DNA of 64,000 bases, taken from Fibrobacteria bacterium. Its GTDB lineage: Bacteria > Fibrobacterota > Fibrobacteria > UBA11236. Location: the NCBI GenBank assembly GCA_043732185.1, contig JAYTHY010000136.1, positions 60,330-124,329 on the forward strand. Reading direction: 5' to 3'. The notes under the pieces are model-generated. The model did no database searches. It was not told the origin of the DNA and was given only the letters and a program-made list of their open reading frames with translations. A program made the translations under genes and the position numbers. Positions 1 through 9,631 of the stretch are shown piece by piece. Each line of letters opens with the position of its first letter. Position 1 is the first letter of the stretch.

Positions 1-930
1 AAGTTCAATCCTCTGCTCATCTACGGCGGCGTCGGACTGGGCAAAACCCACTTGATGCAAGCAATCGGCAATTATGCCGTGGCGCAAAACCTTGGTAAGA
101 AAGTGCGCTATGTCACCTCTGAAGCCTTCTATCGTGAATTCGTTGAATCGATTCAACACAATCGTATCAATGAGCTTTCCAATTATTATCGCAATGAAGT
201 TGACATCCTCCTCATGGACGATGTGCAATTTTTAAGCGGCAAGGACCGGACCCAAGAAGAGTTTTTTCACATCTTCAATTCTTTGCATCAAAGCCGGAAA
301 CAGATTGTGCTTACCAGTGATGCGCCTCCCGGTGACTTGAAGGGATTGGAAGACCGATTGGTGAGCCGATTCCAATGGGGACTTTTTGTCGATATTCAGC
401 CGCCGGATCGGGAAACCCGTGAAGCGATTCTAAATCACAAGGCGCTAGCGCTGAATCTGGATATTTCACCGGAAATTATCGCCTATTTGGCAGAGGCCAT
501 TGATTCCAATATTCGCATTCTGGAAGGCGCCATTCGTCAATTGTTATTGCAAGCCTCTATTAAGCATTCCGATATCACTATGGAACTTGCCAAGGAGATT
601 GTAAACCGTACTGGCTTGAATCGCCCCGCCAAAAAAATAACGGCGGAAGATATTACCACGGTCGTAGCCAATTATTTTGTGGTCGAGGTAGATAGGATAA
701 TTGAACAAGGCCGGGGCACAAAAGAAGTTGCGCAGGCTCGTCAGTTGGCCATGTTCATTATGAAGGAGCTGACTTCCGCTTCATTGAAATCTATAGGACA
801 ACGGTTTGGCGGCCGCGATCACAGTACTGTGGTGCATGCCATCAAGACCATTGAAAAGGCCATGGAGAAGGACGGGTCATTTAAGAAGAGTGTGGACGCG
901 ATACTGGGGAAACTTTCGCCTTCCCGTTGA
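1..930 (+). CDS. dnaA: Chromosomal replication initiator DnaA (5'-truncated by window edge)
   Basis: Frame 1 from base 1 reads KFNPLLIYGGVGLGKTHLMQ (Walker A), then LLMDDVQF (Walker B), QEEFFHIFN, RLVSRFQWGL and the domain IV motif FGGRDHSTVVHA. Confidence 0.97.
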   Translation, partial: KFNPLLIYGGVGLGKTHLMQAIGNYAVAQNLGKKVRYVTSEAFYREFVESIQHNRINELSNYYRNEVDILLMDDVQFLSGKDRTQEEFFHIFNSLHQSRKQIVLTSDAPPGDLKGLEDRLVSRFQWGLFVDIQPPDRETREAILNHKALALNLDISPEIIAYLAEAIDSNIRILEGAIRQLLLQASIKHSDITMELAKEIVNRTGLNRPAKKITAEDITTVVANYFVVEVDRIIEQGRGTKEVAQARQLAMFIMKELTSASLKSIGQRFGGRDHSTVVHAIKTIEKAMEKDGSFKKSVDAILGKLSPSR

Positions 931-941
931 ATCGACCTGCT

Positions 942-3221
942 TCAAGCTAATTGAACAGCCTCAAGAAATAATTCCAGCTGGGCCTTTACCTCTTCGGCCG
1001 AATGCAAATTGGCAATGTGGCGAAGTAGATTTTTGCAATCCTCCGTATCCAAGTTTCTAATCGCCATTCTGATTGCATCTGCGGATGCCGGTGCAATGGA
1101 AAGTTTGGAAATCCCTAGCGCCAGGAAAATGGGTAAAGCCTGAGGATCAGAAGCCATTTCTCCACAAACCGTGATGTCTTTGCCGCCCGCATTGGCTGCT
1201 GTGGTAATGCGCATCAAGGCCTGAATCAAGGCGGGGTGGAATGGCTGATAGTAGGAGGCGATTCTTTCGTTGCCGCGATCGATTGCAAACAGGTACTGGA
1301 TTAAATCGTTGGTGCCGATGCTGATGAAATCCGATTCTTGCACAAAATCTTTAATCTGCATCATGGCGGACGGGATTTCAATCATGGATCCGATTGGCGG
1401 CCGACGGAATTTTTTTCCGGTTTCCATTTCCAATTCCTGGAGGACGGAGTCGATTTCGCCCTTGATGGCCCTAAGTTCCGTAATCAAGGACAGCATGGGA
1501 ATAACCAGTCGGAATGGTCCGAGTTGGGCGGTTCGGAGCAATGCGCGCAGGTGTGGACGCAAAATGTCCGGTCGCTGCAAGAGCATGCGGATGGAGCGCC
1601 ACCCCAAGCTGGGATTCTCTTCCTTGCCCCAATCGAAATACTTTAGTGGCTTATCACCGCCGACATCCAGCAATCGAAAAGTGGCACCATGTTCGCCGCA
1701 TCGAGCCAAAACGCGGCTGTAAATTTCAAATTGGGTTTCCTCGTCCGGGAATTGGTTCCGGATCATGAAGAAAAATTCCGATCGGTACAGCCCCACGCCT
1801 TCAATGCCGTTTTGCTCCATGACTTCCAGGTCGGCAAAGAGCGAGAGATTGCCGGACAATTGCATTTTATGCCCGTCCCTGGTTTTGGCTTCAAAACCGG
1901 GAACGGACAATTGGCGGGTACCAAGGTCCTCCATGAGTCTGGCATATTCCCTCTGGACATGGACGTCAGGGTTGATATAGATGAGGCTGGAGTTGCCATC
2001 CATAATCACCCGGGTTCCATTTTCCAGGTAGGTGGTTAGACCGGGGATACCCATGAAGCAGGGGATACCCAAGGACCTGGCGAGAATCGCCGCATGGGAC
2101 GTGATGCCACCGGTTTCGCAGAGTATTCCCGTGATTTTGCGCGTTGAGAGATAAATGAGATCGGAAGGCAGCAGCTCTATAGCAGCTATGATATTTCCCT
2201 CTTCCGCCTCAGCTTCAACGTTGCGGTTTTCTTTTACCTCGCCAAGTGCGTTTAGAATTCTTAGGCCCACGTCTCTAAGGTCAGCCGCCCGGGAAGATAA
2301 CATGGCATTGCCGGATTCCACCATGGATTTCACAATTTCGCGGGTAGCTAATTTTACGGCAAACGGTGCGGCCATATTTTCCAGAATGTGGCCTTCGATG
2401 AGGCCGATATAATGGGGATCCGCTAGCATCAATTCATGCGTATCGAAAATCCGGGCATCGAGTTCGGCAAAAAGTTCTTTAGCTCTCCTTCTTAACCAGC
2501 GGCTTTCCTGCTTGGCAATTTCCAGGGCCTGGGCCAAGGTTTTCAGTTCGACTTGCGGATCCAGGCATTCTGTAAAAATGATCGTGTCCCAAACCTGATG
2601 GGTTTTGAGGATCATGGCGCGGCCATCGGCAATACCACCAACCGCCACATGGGCTCGGACAAAGGGCGGTGCGGCTTTCGGCACTTCTGGTTCGACCAAA
2701 GAAATGGGCCGCAGTGAATTTTTGAGGCTGCGGTTTTCCAGAAGGTTGCCGAGCTGGGCTGCCAAGGTATAGGCCAAGTCCTCGACCATGGGTGAAAAGG
2801 GATGGGCTTCCGTGGATTGCAAGGTGATGACACCGGCACCGTGCTTGGCCGCGGGAGGAATGGGAATACCCAGAAAATTTTTCAGGCGATCTTCACCCAG
2901 AGCCGGAAAATACTTATTGCGTGAATCGGCTTTGGGATTGGCAATGTTGACGATTTCACCGCTGCTGTAGGCAAAACCCGTCAAGCCTTCTCCCGGAACC
3001 ATGCTGACTTCCGAGTCTGCACCCCGGTTCAACCCCTCACTGGCGGACAACCGCAGTTTATTGGTTTCCGTATCAAAAAGGTAAATGGAACACACATCCA
3101 CTTCCATCATATCAGAAATAAGTTTGACTACCGCTTCCAAAGCTGGGCGCGTAGTCGCGGACTCCTGCATGGTTTGCGCCACGGAGCGAATGATTTCCAG
3201 GGCTGTGGAGGCATCAGACAT
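942..3221 (-). CDS. ptsP: GAF-domain PEP-protein phosphotransferase (PTS enzyme I, EI-Ntr-like)
   Basis: N-terminal GAF domain (DVCSIYL..LSASEGL..GEGLTG), phospho-His motif GGITSHAAIL, GVGLYRSEF, EENPSLGWRSIR, SIGTNDLIQY and VCGEMA. Start placed at ATG 3221 because the ORF-track start overlaps the next gene. Confidence 0.92.
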   Translation of the reverse strand: MSDASTALEIIRSVAQTMQESATTRPALEAVVKLISDMMEVDVCSIYLFDTETNKLRLSASEGLNRGADSEVSMVPGEGLTGFAYSSGEIVNIANPKADSRNKYFPALGEDRLKNFLGIPIPPAAKHGAGVITLQSTEAHPFSPMVEDLAYTLAAQLGNLLENRSLKNSLRPISLVEPEVPKAAPPFVRAHVAVGGIADGRAMILKTHQVWDTIIFTECLDPQVELKTLAQALEIAKQESRWLRRRAKELFAELDARIFDTHELMLADPHYIGLIEGHILENMAAPFAVKLATREIVKSMVESGNAMLSSRAADLRDVGLRILNALGEVKENRNVEAEAEEGNIIAAIELLPSDLIYLSTRKITGILCETGGITSHAAILARSLGIPCFMGIPGLTTYLENGTRVIMDGNSSLIYINPDVHVQREYARLMEDLGTRQLSVPGFEAKTRDGHKMQLSGNLSLFADLEVMEQNGIEGVGLYRSEFFFMIRNQFPDEETQFEIYSRVLARCGEHGATFRLLDVGGDKPLKYFDWGKEENPSLGWRSIRMLLQRPDILRPHLRALLRTAQLGPFRLVIPMLSLITELRAIKGEIDSVLQELEMETGKKFRRPPIGSMIEIPSAMMQIKDFVQESDFISIGTNDLIQYLFAIDRGNERIASYYQPFHPALIQALMRITTAANAGGKDITVCGEMASDPQALPIFLALGISKLSIAPASADAIRMAIRNLDTEDCKNLLRHIANLHSAEEVKAQLELFLEAVQLA

Positions 3222-3270
3222 ATTGACTTTGGAAGGAGTTACAGAGGGGATCGGGAATTGAGCCGGCGCA

Positions 3271-3564
3271 TCAATCCCATAGGATTCCCGGTTTTGCTTC
3301 GGGAAGTTTGTCCTTGTTCTTCTTGGCCCATTCAAACTTTTTATTCAGCAGATCCAGCCGGCCGTCTTCGATTTTCTTGGCTTCATCAAATTTGGAAGCC
3401 AAATCTTGCGAGCGGGTTTTGTCCAATTTCATGAACTGTTCCAAACTGGTAGGCGCTTCCTTATGGGGAAAAAATTTAATGACCCCGCCCGTCGCTGCGT
3501 CCAGGATCAATTCGGCTTTGCAACAGGGACAGTCGAGTTTTATTTCCTTCGCATCCATACTCAT
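3271..3564 (-). CDS. Small hypothetical protein with CPCC zinc-ribbon-like N-terminus and coiled-coil C-terminus
   Basis: IKLDCPCCKAELILD followed by a charged helical region. Co-oriented with and just upstream of ptsP. Start at 3564 or 3558. Confidence 0.7.
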   Translation of the reverse strand: MSMDAKEIKLDCPCCKAELILDAATGGVIKFFPHKEAPTSLEQFMKLDKTRSQDLASKFDEAKKIEDGRLDLLNKKFEWAKKNKDKLPEAKPGILWD

Positions 3565-3744
3565 GCCCTTTTTAAGCAAATTTTCGGTGTCTTTAAGGTT
3601 TTCCGACAGCCCCGTCCATTCCCAATATACCCTTTTATAACCTATTTCGCACCCGGCTTTGGACAAAAATTCAAGCATCGGTGGGTCAAAACTCCGGTCT
3701 TTGAATTAAGCTGGTGTGATATCTATCCCGCATATATTTAAAAA

Positions 3745-5550
3745 TCAAAACTTCTCAATTTTGAAAATATGTAGGACCTCTTTTTGAGGATTTAATTCTA
3801 CATAATTGTGACTGCCGGACCACACGAAACTCTCCTGCGTCAACAGATCAAAAACACCATAGATATTCTCCGCCTGCAGACCTATTTTTTGCAGATCAAC
3901 GCTGACGATTCCCGCTTGCTGCTGGTTCGGGTCCAGGTTCACGACAAATAAGAGAATATTTTCTTCCATGTGCTTGGAGTACACGAGGATATTGGCATTG
4001 TTGCAGGTATGAAAATTAAGGTTTTTCAAACCATGCAAGGCTTGATTGGCGCGGCGGATTTCATTGACTGTGCGGATGAAATCCTTGATATTGCCGGGAC
4101 GATTCCAATCCCATACCTTGTACTGATATTTTTCGGAATTGAGATATTCTTCCTTGCCTGGATACGGCACGTTTTCGCAAATTTCATATCCATTGTACAT
4201 GCCATAACACCCGGACAAAGTTGCCGCCAGTGCGAAACGGATTTTAAAGGCAGCGGGAGGCGCGTTTTGCAGATGCCAGGGAAGAATGTCCGGAGTGGTT
4301 GGAAAGAAAATGGGTTTCATAAAATGTTTCGAGGGGCCTTGGGTCAATTCCTCGCAGTATTCCTGCAATTCTTCCGCACTTGTTCGCCAAGTGAAATAGG
4401 TGTAGGAAAGGTCAAAACCCAATTTTGCCAATCGCTTCATTACTTTCGGCCTTGTGAAGGCTTCGGCTAGAAAGATGATATTCGGATTTTGTTTTTTGAT
4501 ATCCGCGATCATCCATTCCCAAAACGCAAAGGGTTTGGTGTGGGGGTTGTCTACCCGGAAAAGGGTCACACCCATTTCCATCCAGAATTCCACGATGGAT
4601 TTTATTTCAAGCCATAACGCCCGGCTATCCTTGCAAAAGAAATTTAGGGGATAAACATCTTCGTAACGCTTGGGCGGATTCTCGGCGCATTTTATGGTTC
4701 CGTCTTTTTCTCGATAAAACCAATCCGGATGCGCCTTGACATAAGGATGATCGGGTGAACAATTGAGAGCGAAATCGAGTGCGATATGAAAACCCATGGC
4801 CTTACAGCTTTTGAAAAATGCACGACATTGGCTAAGGGTTCCCAATTCCGGATCCACGGCTTTGTGACCACCGTGCGCATTACCGATGGCATACGGGCAA
4901 CCGGGTTCCCCAGGCTTGGCCGTGAGGCTGTTGTTGACGCCCTTGCGTTTGGTGACACCGATGGGGTGAATGGGCGGCAGGTAGAGGACGTCGAAACCCA
5001 AATCCTTGATGGCGGGAAGTCGGGCTGTCATTTCCTGAAAGGTGGCGCTTCGATTGGGATCGGTGCCTTGAGATTTTGCCCACATTTCGTACCAGGCACT
5101 GTACTGGGTCAAGGCCGAATCCACGCGCAGCGTTCCATAAGGACTAAAGACGCACGGGCTTTCCAGCTCCGGCTTGGATTTGCTGTCCGTGCTGGGCGCC
5201 GTGCTGGGTGCCGTTATAGCTTCGACGGTAAATTCATAATTGCCGGTGCCGGCTGCGGTAAACCGTCCGAGCCATGCATCGTTGTCGACAAAATGCATTG
5301 GAGTACGCTGCCAGGTATTCTGACCGACGCGCCGGTACAGGAGAGTCGCTACGCATTTTTCATGGCCACCGCGATAAATATCCGCCGTCACAGCAACGCT
5401 TTCTCCAGGTATGGCCTTGATGGGAAAGCGTCCGCCTTCAACCATAGGCTGAAGATTTTCCACAATCACATGAATGGTTTGAATCTCAGGAAGTGGGATG
5501 GCTGGACTTTTTGCGGATTTTTTTTTCACACTTTTTTTACTGGCGACCAT
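3745..5550 (-). CDS. glgE: Alpha-1,4-glucan:maltose-1-phosphate maltosyltransferase (GH13_3)
   Basis: LGFDVLYLPPIHPIG, RKG.NN, ALNCSPDHP, AENPPKRYEDVYP, catalytic FRVDNPHTKP / FLAEAF / TPDIL, SYTYFTWR and SEKYQ. Confidence 0.95.
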   Translation of the reverse strand: MVASKKSVKKKSAKSPAIPLPEIQTIHVIVENLQPMVEGGRFPIKAIPGESVAVTADIYRGGHEKCVATLLYRRVGQNTWQRTPMHFVDNDAWLGRFTAAGTGNYEFTVEAITAPSTAPSTDSKSKPELESPCVFSPYGTLRVDSALTQYSAWYEMWAKSQGTDPNRSATFQEMTARLPAIKDLGFDVLYLPPIHPIGVTKRKGVNNSLTAKPGEPGCPYAIGNAHGGHKAVDPELGTLSQCRAFFKSCKAMGFHIALDFALNCSPDHPYVKAHPDWFYREKDGTIKCAENPPKRYEDVYPLNFFCKDSRALWLEIKSIVEFWMEMGVTLFRVDNPHTKPFAFWEWMIADIKKQNPNIIFLAEAFTRPKVMKRLAKLGFDLSYTYFTWRTSAEELQEYCEELTQGPSKHFMKPIFFPTTPDILPWHLQNAPPAAFKIRFALAATLSGCYGMYNGYEICENVPYPGKEEYLNSEKYQYKVWDWNRPGNIKDFIRTVNEIRRANQALHGLKNLNFHTCNNANILVYSKHMEENILLFVVNLDPNQQQAGIVSVDLQKIGLQAENIYGVFDLLTQESFVWSGSHNYVELNPQKEVLHIFKIEKF

Positions 5551-6769
5551 GTTTTTCGATCAACTCCTGATAAAATTGGTAAGTCTGCTTGGCCACTTGA
5601 GACCATGCGAAATGATCTTCCACGCGCTTTCTGGATTTTTTCGCCATCGATTGTCTTAGGTCCGCATTATCCAAGAGGGAATTGGTGGCATCGGCAAGGT
5701 CGCGGGAAAATTTATTTGCATCTTGCGGTTCGAAATCATTCGGGCCTTTAGCTTTGAACGGGACGAGCAGTCCGGTCTCGCCGTGTTGGACCACTTCGGT
5801 AATGCCACCAACGGCTGATGCGACTACCGGAGTCTCACACGCCATGGCTTCCAAGTTGATAATCCCAAAGGGCTCATAGACGGATGGGCAAATGAAAACG
5901 GCTGCATGGGTATACAGGGAAATGATTTCCCTTTTGGGCAACATCTGGGGAATCCAGATGATTTCATGATCGGAATCCTGTCGACTCGCTTCGACCTGGT
6001 TTTTCATCTCCACGCCTATTTCGGGCGTATCCGGCGCACCTGCGCAAAGCACCACCTGGGTACCGGGACGCAAATGACGAATGGCTTTAATGAGGTGTAG
6101 GACGCCTTTTTGTCGCGTAATGCGCCCGACATAGAGAATAAAAGGCATCGCGGGATCGATGCCATAGGCGCCAAGCAAGGCAGGATCATAGGTTGGATGG
6201 TACTCTTCCAAGTCGATGCCATTGGGAATGACCTTGATGCGATCCTGTTCCACACCGTACAGGTCATGCACATCTTTGGCCATTGAATTGGAAACCGCTA
6301 TCACCCCGTCGGCGCTTTGATACGCCGTTCGCTCCAGCCAAGTTGAGACGTCGTAGCCTCTGCCAAGCTGCTCCACCTTCCAAGGGCGATGCGGTTCAAG
6401 GGAGTGGGTCGTTAGGACCAAGGGTATATTGAAAAGTTTTTGCAAGAGGCAACCGGCAAAATGCGTATACCACGTGTGGCAATGCACAATTTCCGATTGC
6501 GTAACCGTGCCGGACATCATGATATTGCGCGCCAACGTATCCATAACTTTTGCAAATCTGGCGTTCTGGCTGGGCAGGGTAAAATCAGGTTTGATGCCTT
6601 GGGCGGAAAGTGTACCCTCCGCGAATTGCTGATCCCCAAAACACAATACCTCGACTAGGTTTTTAAGCTGAGGCATAGTAGCCAAGGCCTTGGATAGGTA
6701 CTCTACATGCACCCCGGCGCCTCCGTATACGAGGGGGGGAAACTCATTGGAAAGCAAGGTGATTTTCAT
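5537..6769 (-). CDS. glgM: GT4 glycogen synthase of the Corynebacterium type / alpha-maltose-1-phosphate synthase (GlgM)
   Basis: EFPPLVYGGAGVHV, HCHTWY, HSLEPHRPWKVEQLG, GRITRQKG, CAGAPDT and YEPFGIINLEAMAC. Overlaps the glgE start by 14 nt. Confidence 0.88.
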   Translation of the reverse strand: MKITLLSNEFPPLVYGGAGVHVEYLSKALATMPQLKNLVEVLCFGDQQFAEGTLSAQGIKPDFTLPSQNARFAKVMDTLARNIMMSGTVTQSEIVHCHTWYTHFAGCLLQKLFNIPLVLTTHSLEPHRPWKVEQLGRGYDVSTWLERTAYQSADGVIAVSNSMAKDVHDLYGVEQDRIKVIPNGIDLEEYHPTYDPALLGAYGIDPAMPFILYVGRITRQKGVLHLIKAIRHLRPGTQVVLCAGAPDTPEIGVEMKNQVEASRQDSDHEIIWIPQMLPKREIISLYTHAAVFICPSVYEPFGIINLEAMACETPVVASAVGGITEVVQHGETGLLVPFKAKGPNDFEPQDANKFSRDLADATNSLLDNADLRQSMAKKSRKRVEDHFAWSQVAKQTYQFYQELIEKHGRQ

Positions 6770-6939
6770 TTACGGGCCCATCAAAATAAGAATCTTCTTC
6801 GATATTACCTAAAAAAAGCGCCGCTGATAAGGACTTTGTAACCGAGTTGGAACTATTGCGCGTGGAATCCCGGTATAAAATCGGAGAAGGATTGGATAGC
6901 GGGCGTGCTTTTTTAAGTTTAACGGTTGGGATACCATAT

Positions 6940-9174
6940 ATGGCCAACCAATTGGAATCAGAAATCGAACTTAAATGCCGCCAATTGCAGGCTCAGAATG
7001 AGCGGCTTGGCAAGCAATTGTCCACCTTGATGGATGTTTTCGCCAAATTGGAAATCGCGGATCTTGAACATTCCCTTTATTTTTCCAATCAAAAACGATT
7101 GATGGATTTTGTCCAGCGCATCACCATGCGACTGGATGACGATGACCTGATGGATGTGATTGTCGAGGAATTGCTGATTGAATTAAAAGCGGACCGCGTG
7201 TCCTGCATCCTTGTCGGTGATGGGCCTAAATCTACCTGGGCCGTATCCAATGAGGCCGTGGATCGGGGCATCAAGAGGCTGCCATTGCCCTATTTTGTCG
7301 ACACCTCTCCACCGGCACCCTTTGTCCAGTTTCTGGAAAAAACTAAGAAACACCCGGGTATGCCCACCGCCTGTGAATGGCCAGAAGCCGTGGCCATTGT
7401 TCCCGATGCGGAACTCAGCGCCTTGGAAGAAGAGTTTCACGCCGCGTTGGAAGACGAATTCGACCTAGCCAGCCGTGTGGATTGCCGAGCGGCCATGGCC
7501 TACCCGATTGAAACTACTTTGTCGGGAATATCGGTTTTTTGCGTACAAAGGATCAACAGCGACCGGAGTTGGACGCGCCAGCAAAAAGATCTTTTCCAAA
7601 ATATGTGCCGCTATGCCAGTTCACTCTTGGACCAAACCCAATTGTCTGAGCACATTCGCGACCTTAAGGATCAGTTGGGATCCCTGATTGAATCCATGCC
7701 TTCTGCAATTATCGGAATGGATCTTTTGGGCACCGTTACTACCTGGAACGGCAAAGCACAGGAATTTTTCACCATCGCAGAAGATGACGCATTGGGAAAT
7801 GTTTTTTGGGATTTGGTTCCGGAGTACAATTTCATATCCCACGCCCTTAAGAACGTGATGCAGGTGGAATCGGGTACGGGGATGGACTTTGAGCCGCAAC
7901 CGTATCGGCGCAAGGACGGAAGCGTCGTGTACTATCGGGCCAATCTTTTCACCATGTTCAGCCGGAACCGTGGGGAAGTGGCCCTCCGAATCGATGATGT
8001 CACCCGTACAGTGGAGTTGAACCACCAACTCTTTCATTCACAGCGCATGGAAACGGTGGGAACCCTAGCAGGCGGTTTGGCGCATGAGTTCAATAATGTA
8101 TTGGGCGGCATGGTCGGAACCGCGTCATTGATGAAGCAAAGAGTGACGAAGGGTGACCTCAATTCCAAAACCTTACTTGAGGATCTTGAGGTCATTGAAT
8201 CCTGCACCTCCCGAGCGACTGTTATGGTCAAAAGGCTTCTCGCCCTCTCTCGTCGTGCCGAGATTGTCATGGAGCCTGTGGATCTAAACTCTATCGTTAA
8301 AAACCTGGTTACTTTGTGCGGCCATTCCTTTGAAAGTCGCATTCAAGTCCTTGCCAAAGTTCCGGCAACCGAAACCTGGATCCTGGCCGATCGATCGCAG
8401 CTTGAGCAGGCCATCTTAAATATCTGTGTCAATGCGCGCGATGCCATGAAATCTGGCGGTACCCTGACTCTTTCCATCAATGCGTACAAAGTGGATGATG
8501 CCTTCCGCCATAGGCATACCGCCAGCACGGATAAAGACATGATTTGCCTTAATATACGTGATACTGGTGAAGGTATTCCATTATCTACTTTGGACCAGAT
8601 TTTTGAACCGTTCTTTACCACCAAACGCGAAAACGGATCTGGCCTTGGACTTACCATTGTCGATTCCATCATGAAGCACCATAGGGGCTTTGTTGAAGTG
8701 GACAGCGACCCCAAATCAGGTACCCATTTCCGGCTTTATTTTCAGCCAGCGGCCCGAGCCGAAGGCATCGAGCCTGTATCGATGCTGGAAGCCCCTATGG
8801 GCAAGGGCGAAGTGCTTTTTGTGGACGATGACGAAGTGATGCGGCAAACGGCGGCGCGCATTATGGGCGAACTTGGATACACCCCCGCTACGGCCGCAGA
8901 CGGTGCATCTGCCATCCGCATTTTGGAAAATGGACTGCATTTTGACCTGGTGATTTTGGATGTGGATATGCCTGTAATGAATGGGCTTGATACGGCCGAG
9001 GTGCTTAGGCGCATCCGCCCGGAATTAAAAATATTGTTCTGCACCGGCCGCCAACATCAGTACGACATGGGTGCTGTGCTGGCCAAACCCAATACCTGGT
9101 TGCTTCTTAAACCCTTTGATATGACCCTTTTGGCCACCAAAGTACGCGAAGTGCTTGCGGAAAAAAGCGCTTAG
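6940..9174 (+). CDS. Hybrid sensor histidine kinase (GAF-like, PAS, HisKA, HATPase, REC)
   Basis: PAS (LIESMPSAIIGMD..WN), H-box LAGGLAHEFNN, N-box NICVNARDAM, DTGEGI, FEPFFTTK, GSGLGL, and a receiver domain (VDDD..LDVDMPVMNG..KPF). Confidence 0.92.
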   Translation: MANQLESEIELKCRQLQAQNERLGKQLSTLMDVFAKLEIADLEHSLYFSNQKRLMDFVQRITMRLDDDDLMDVIVEELLIELKADRVSCILVGDGPKSTWAVSNEAVDRGIKRLPLPYFVDTSPPAPFVQFLEKTKKHPGMPTACEWPEAVAIVPDAELSALEEEFHAALEDEFDLASRVDCRAAMAYPIETTLSGISVFCVQRINSDRSWTRQQKDLFQNMCRYASSLLDQTQLSEHIRDLKDQLGSLIESMPSAIIGMDLLGTVTTWNGKAQEFFTIAEDDALGNVFWDLVPEYNFISHALKNVMQVESGTGMDFEPQPYRRKDGSVVYYRANLFTMFSRNRGEVALRIDDVTRTVELNHQLFHSQRMETVGTLAGGLAHEFNNVLGGMVGTASLMKQRVTKGDLNSKTLLEDLEVIESCTSRATVMVKRLLALSRRAEIVMEPVDLNSIVKNLVTLCGHSFESRIQVLAKVPATETWILADRSQLEQAILNICVNARDAMKSGGTLTLSINAYKVDDAFRHRHTASTDKDMICLNIRDTGEGIPLSTLDQIFEPFFTTKRENGSGLGLTIVDSIMKHHRGFVEVDSDPKSGTHFRLYFQPAARAEGIEPVSMLEAPMGKGEVLFVDDDEVMRQTAARIMGELGYTPATAADGASAIRILENGLHFDLVILDVDMPVMNGLDTAEVLRRIRPELKILFCTGRQHQYDMGAVLAKPNTWLLLKPFDMTLLATKVREVLAEKSA

Positions 9175-9276
9175 CGAAATCTACCGACTTAACCATCCCC
9201 AGACTTTTTAATAGATTGTGAGAGTTGAGCTAAGCCAGTAATGGGCGACTCTTACCACAAAATAGGGAATGGATGT

Positions 9277-9609
9277 ATGGGTCTATCGGAAGAGGAAAAA
9301 GACCTGGTTGCCCAGTCGCTGCAAATGTATGTGCAGCAGGCGGCCCAGCAGCTGCCACCAGCCTCCGTACAGCAATTGCTTGCCATTGCCAAAGGCATTA
9401 TCGCCAAACTGGATCAACTGGAAGTGGGCGGCGGTAAGAAGAAATCGGACGAACCTCCCCTCGGCATTTCTCAGGACTGGTTTGAAAAAGTGTGTCAGAC
9501 TTGCACCTTTTTAACCGCTGCCGGTTGCACGGATAAAATCACGGTTAAATTTCCAGGCAAATGCGATCCCATTCTAAAATACGAACGCGCCAAGGCCGGG
9601 GTAAAGTGA
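9277..9609 (+). CDS. Hypothetical protein with a C-terminal four-cysteine cluster
   Basis: Helical N-terminus, then CQTC...GC...KCDP. Lies just upstream of rnr on the same strand. Confidence 0.65.
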   Translation: MGLSEEEKDLVAQSLQMYVQQAAQQLPPASVQQLLAIAKGIIAKLDQLEVGGGKKKSDEPPLGISQDWFEKVCQTCTFLTAAGCTDKITVKFPGKCDPILKYERAKAGVK

Positions 9610-9631
9610 TCCTCCGGTTTTGCCACTGAGC

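Noticed and set aside
4786..5751. 321-aa plus-strand ORF
   Set aside because: Antisense shadow of glgE/glgM with no recognisable motifs.
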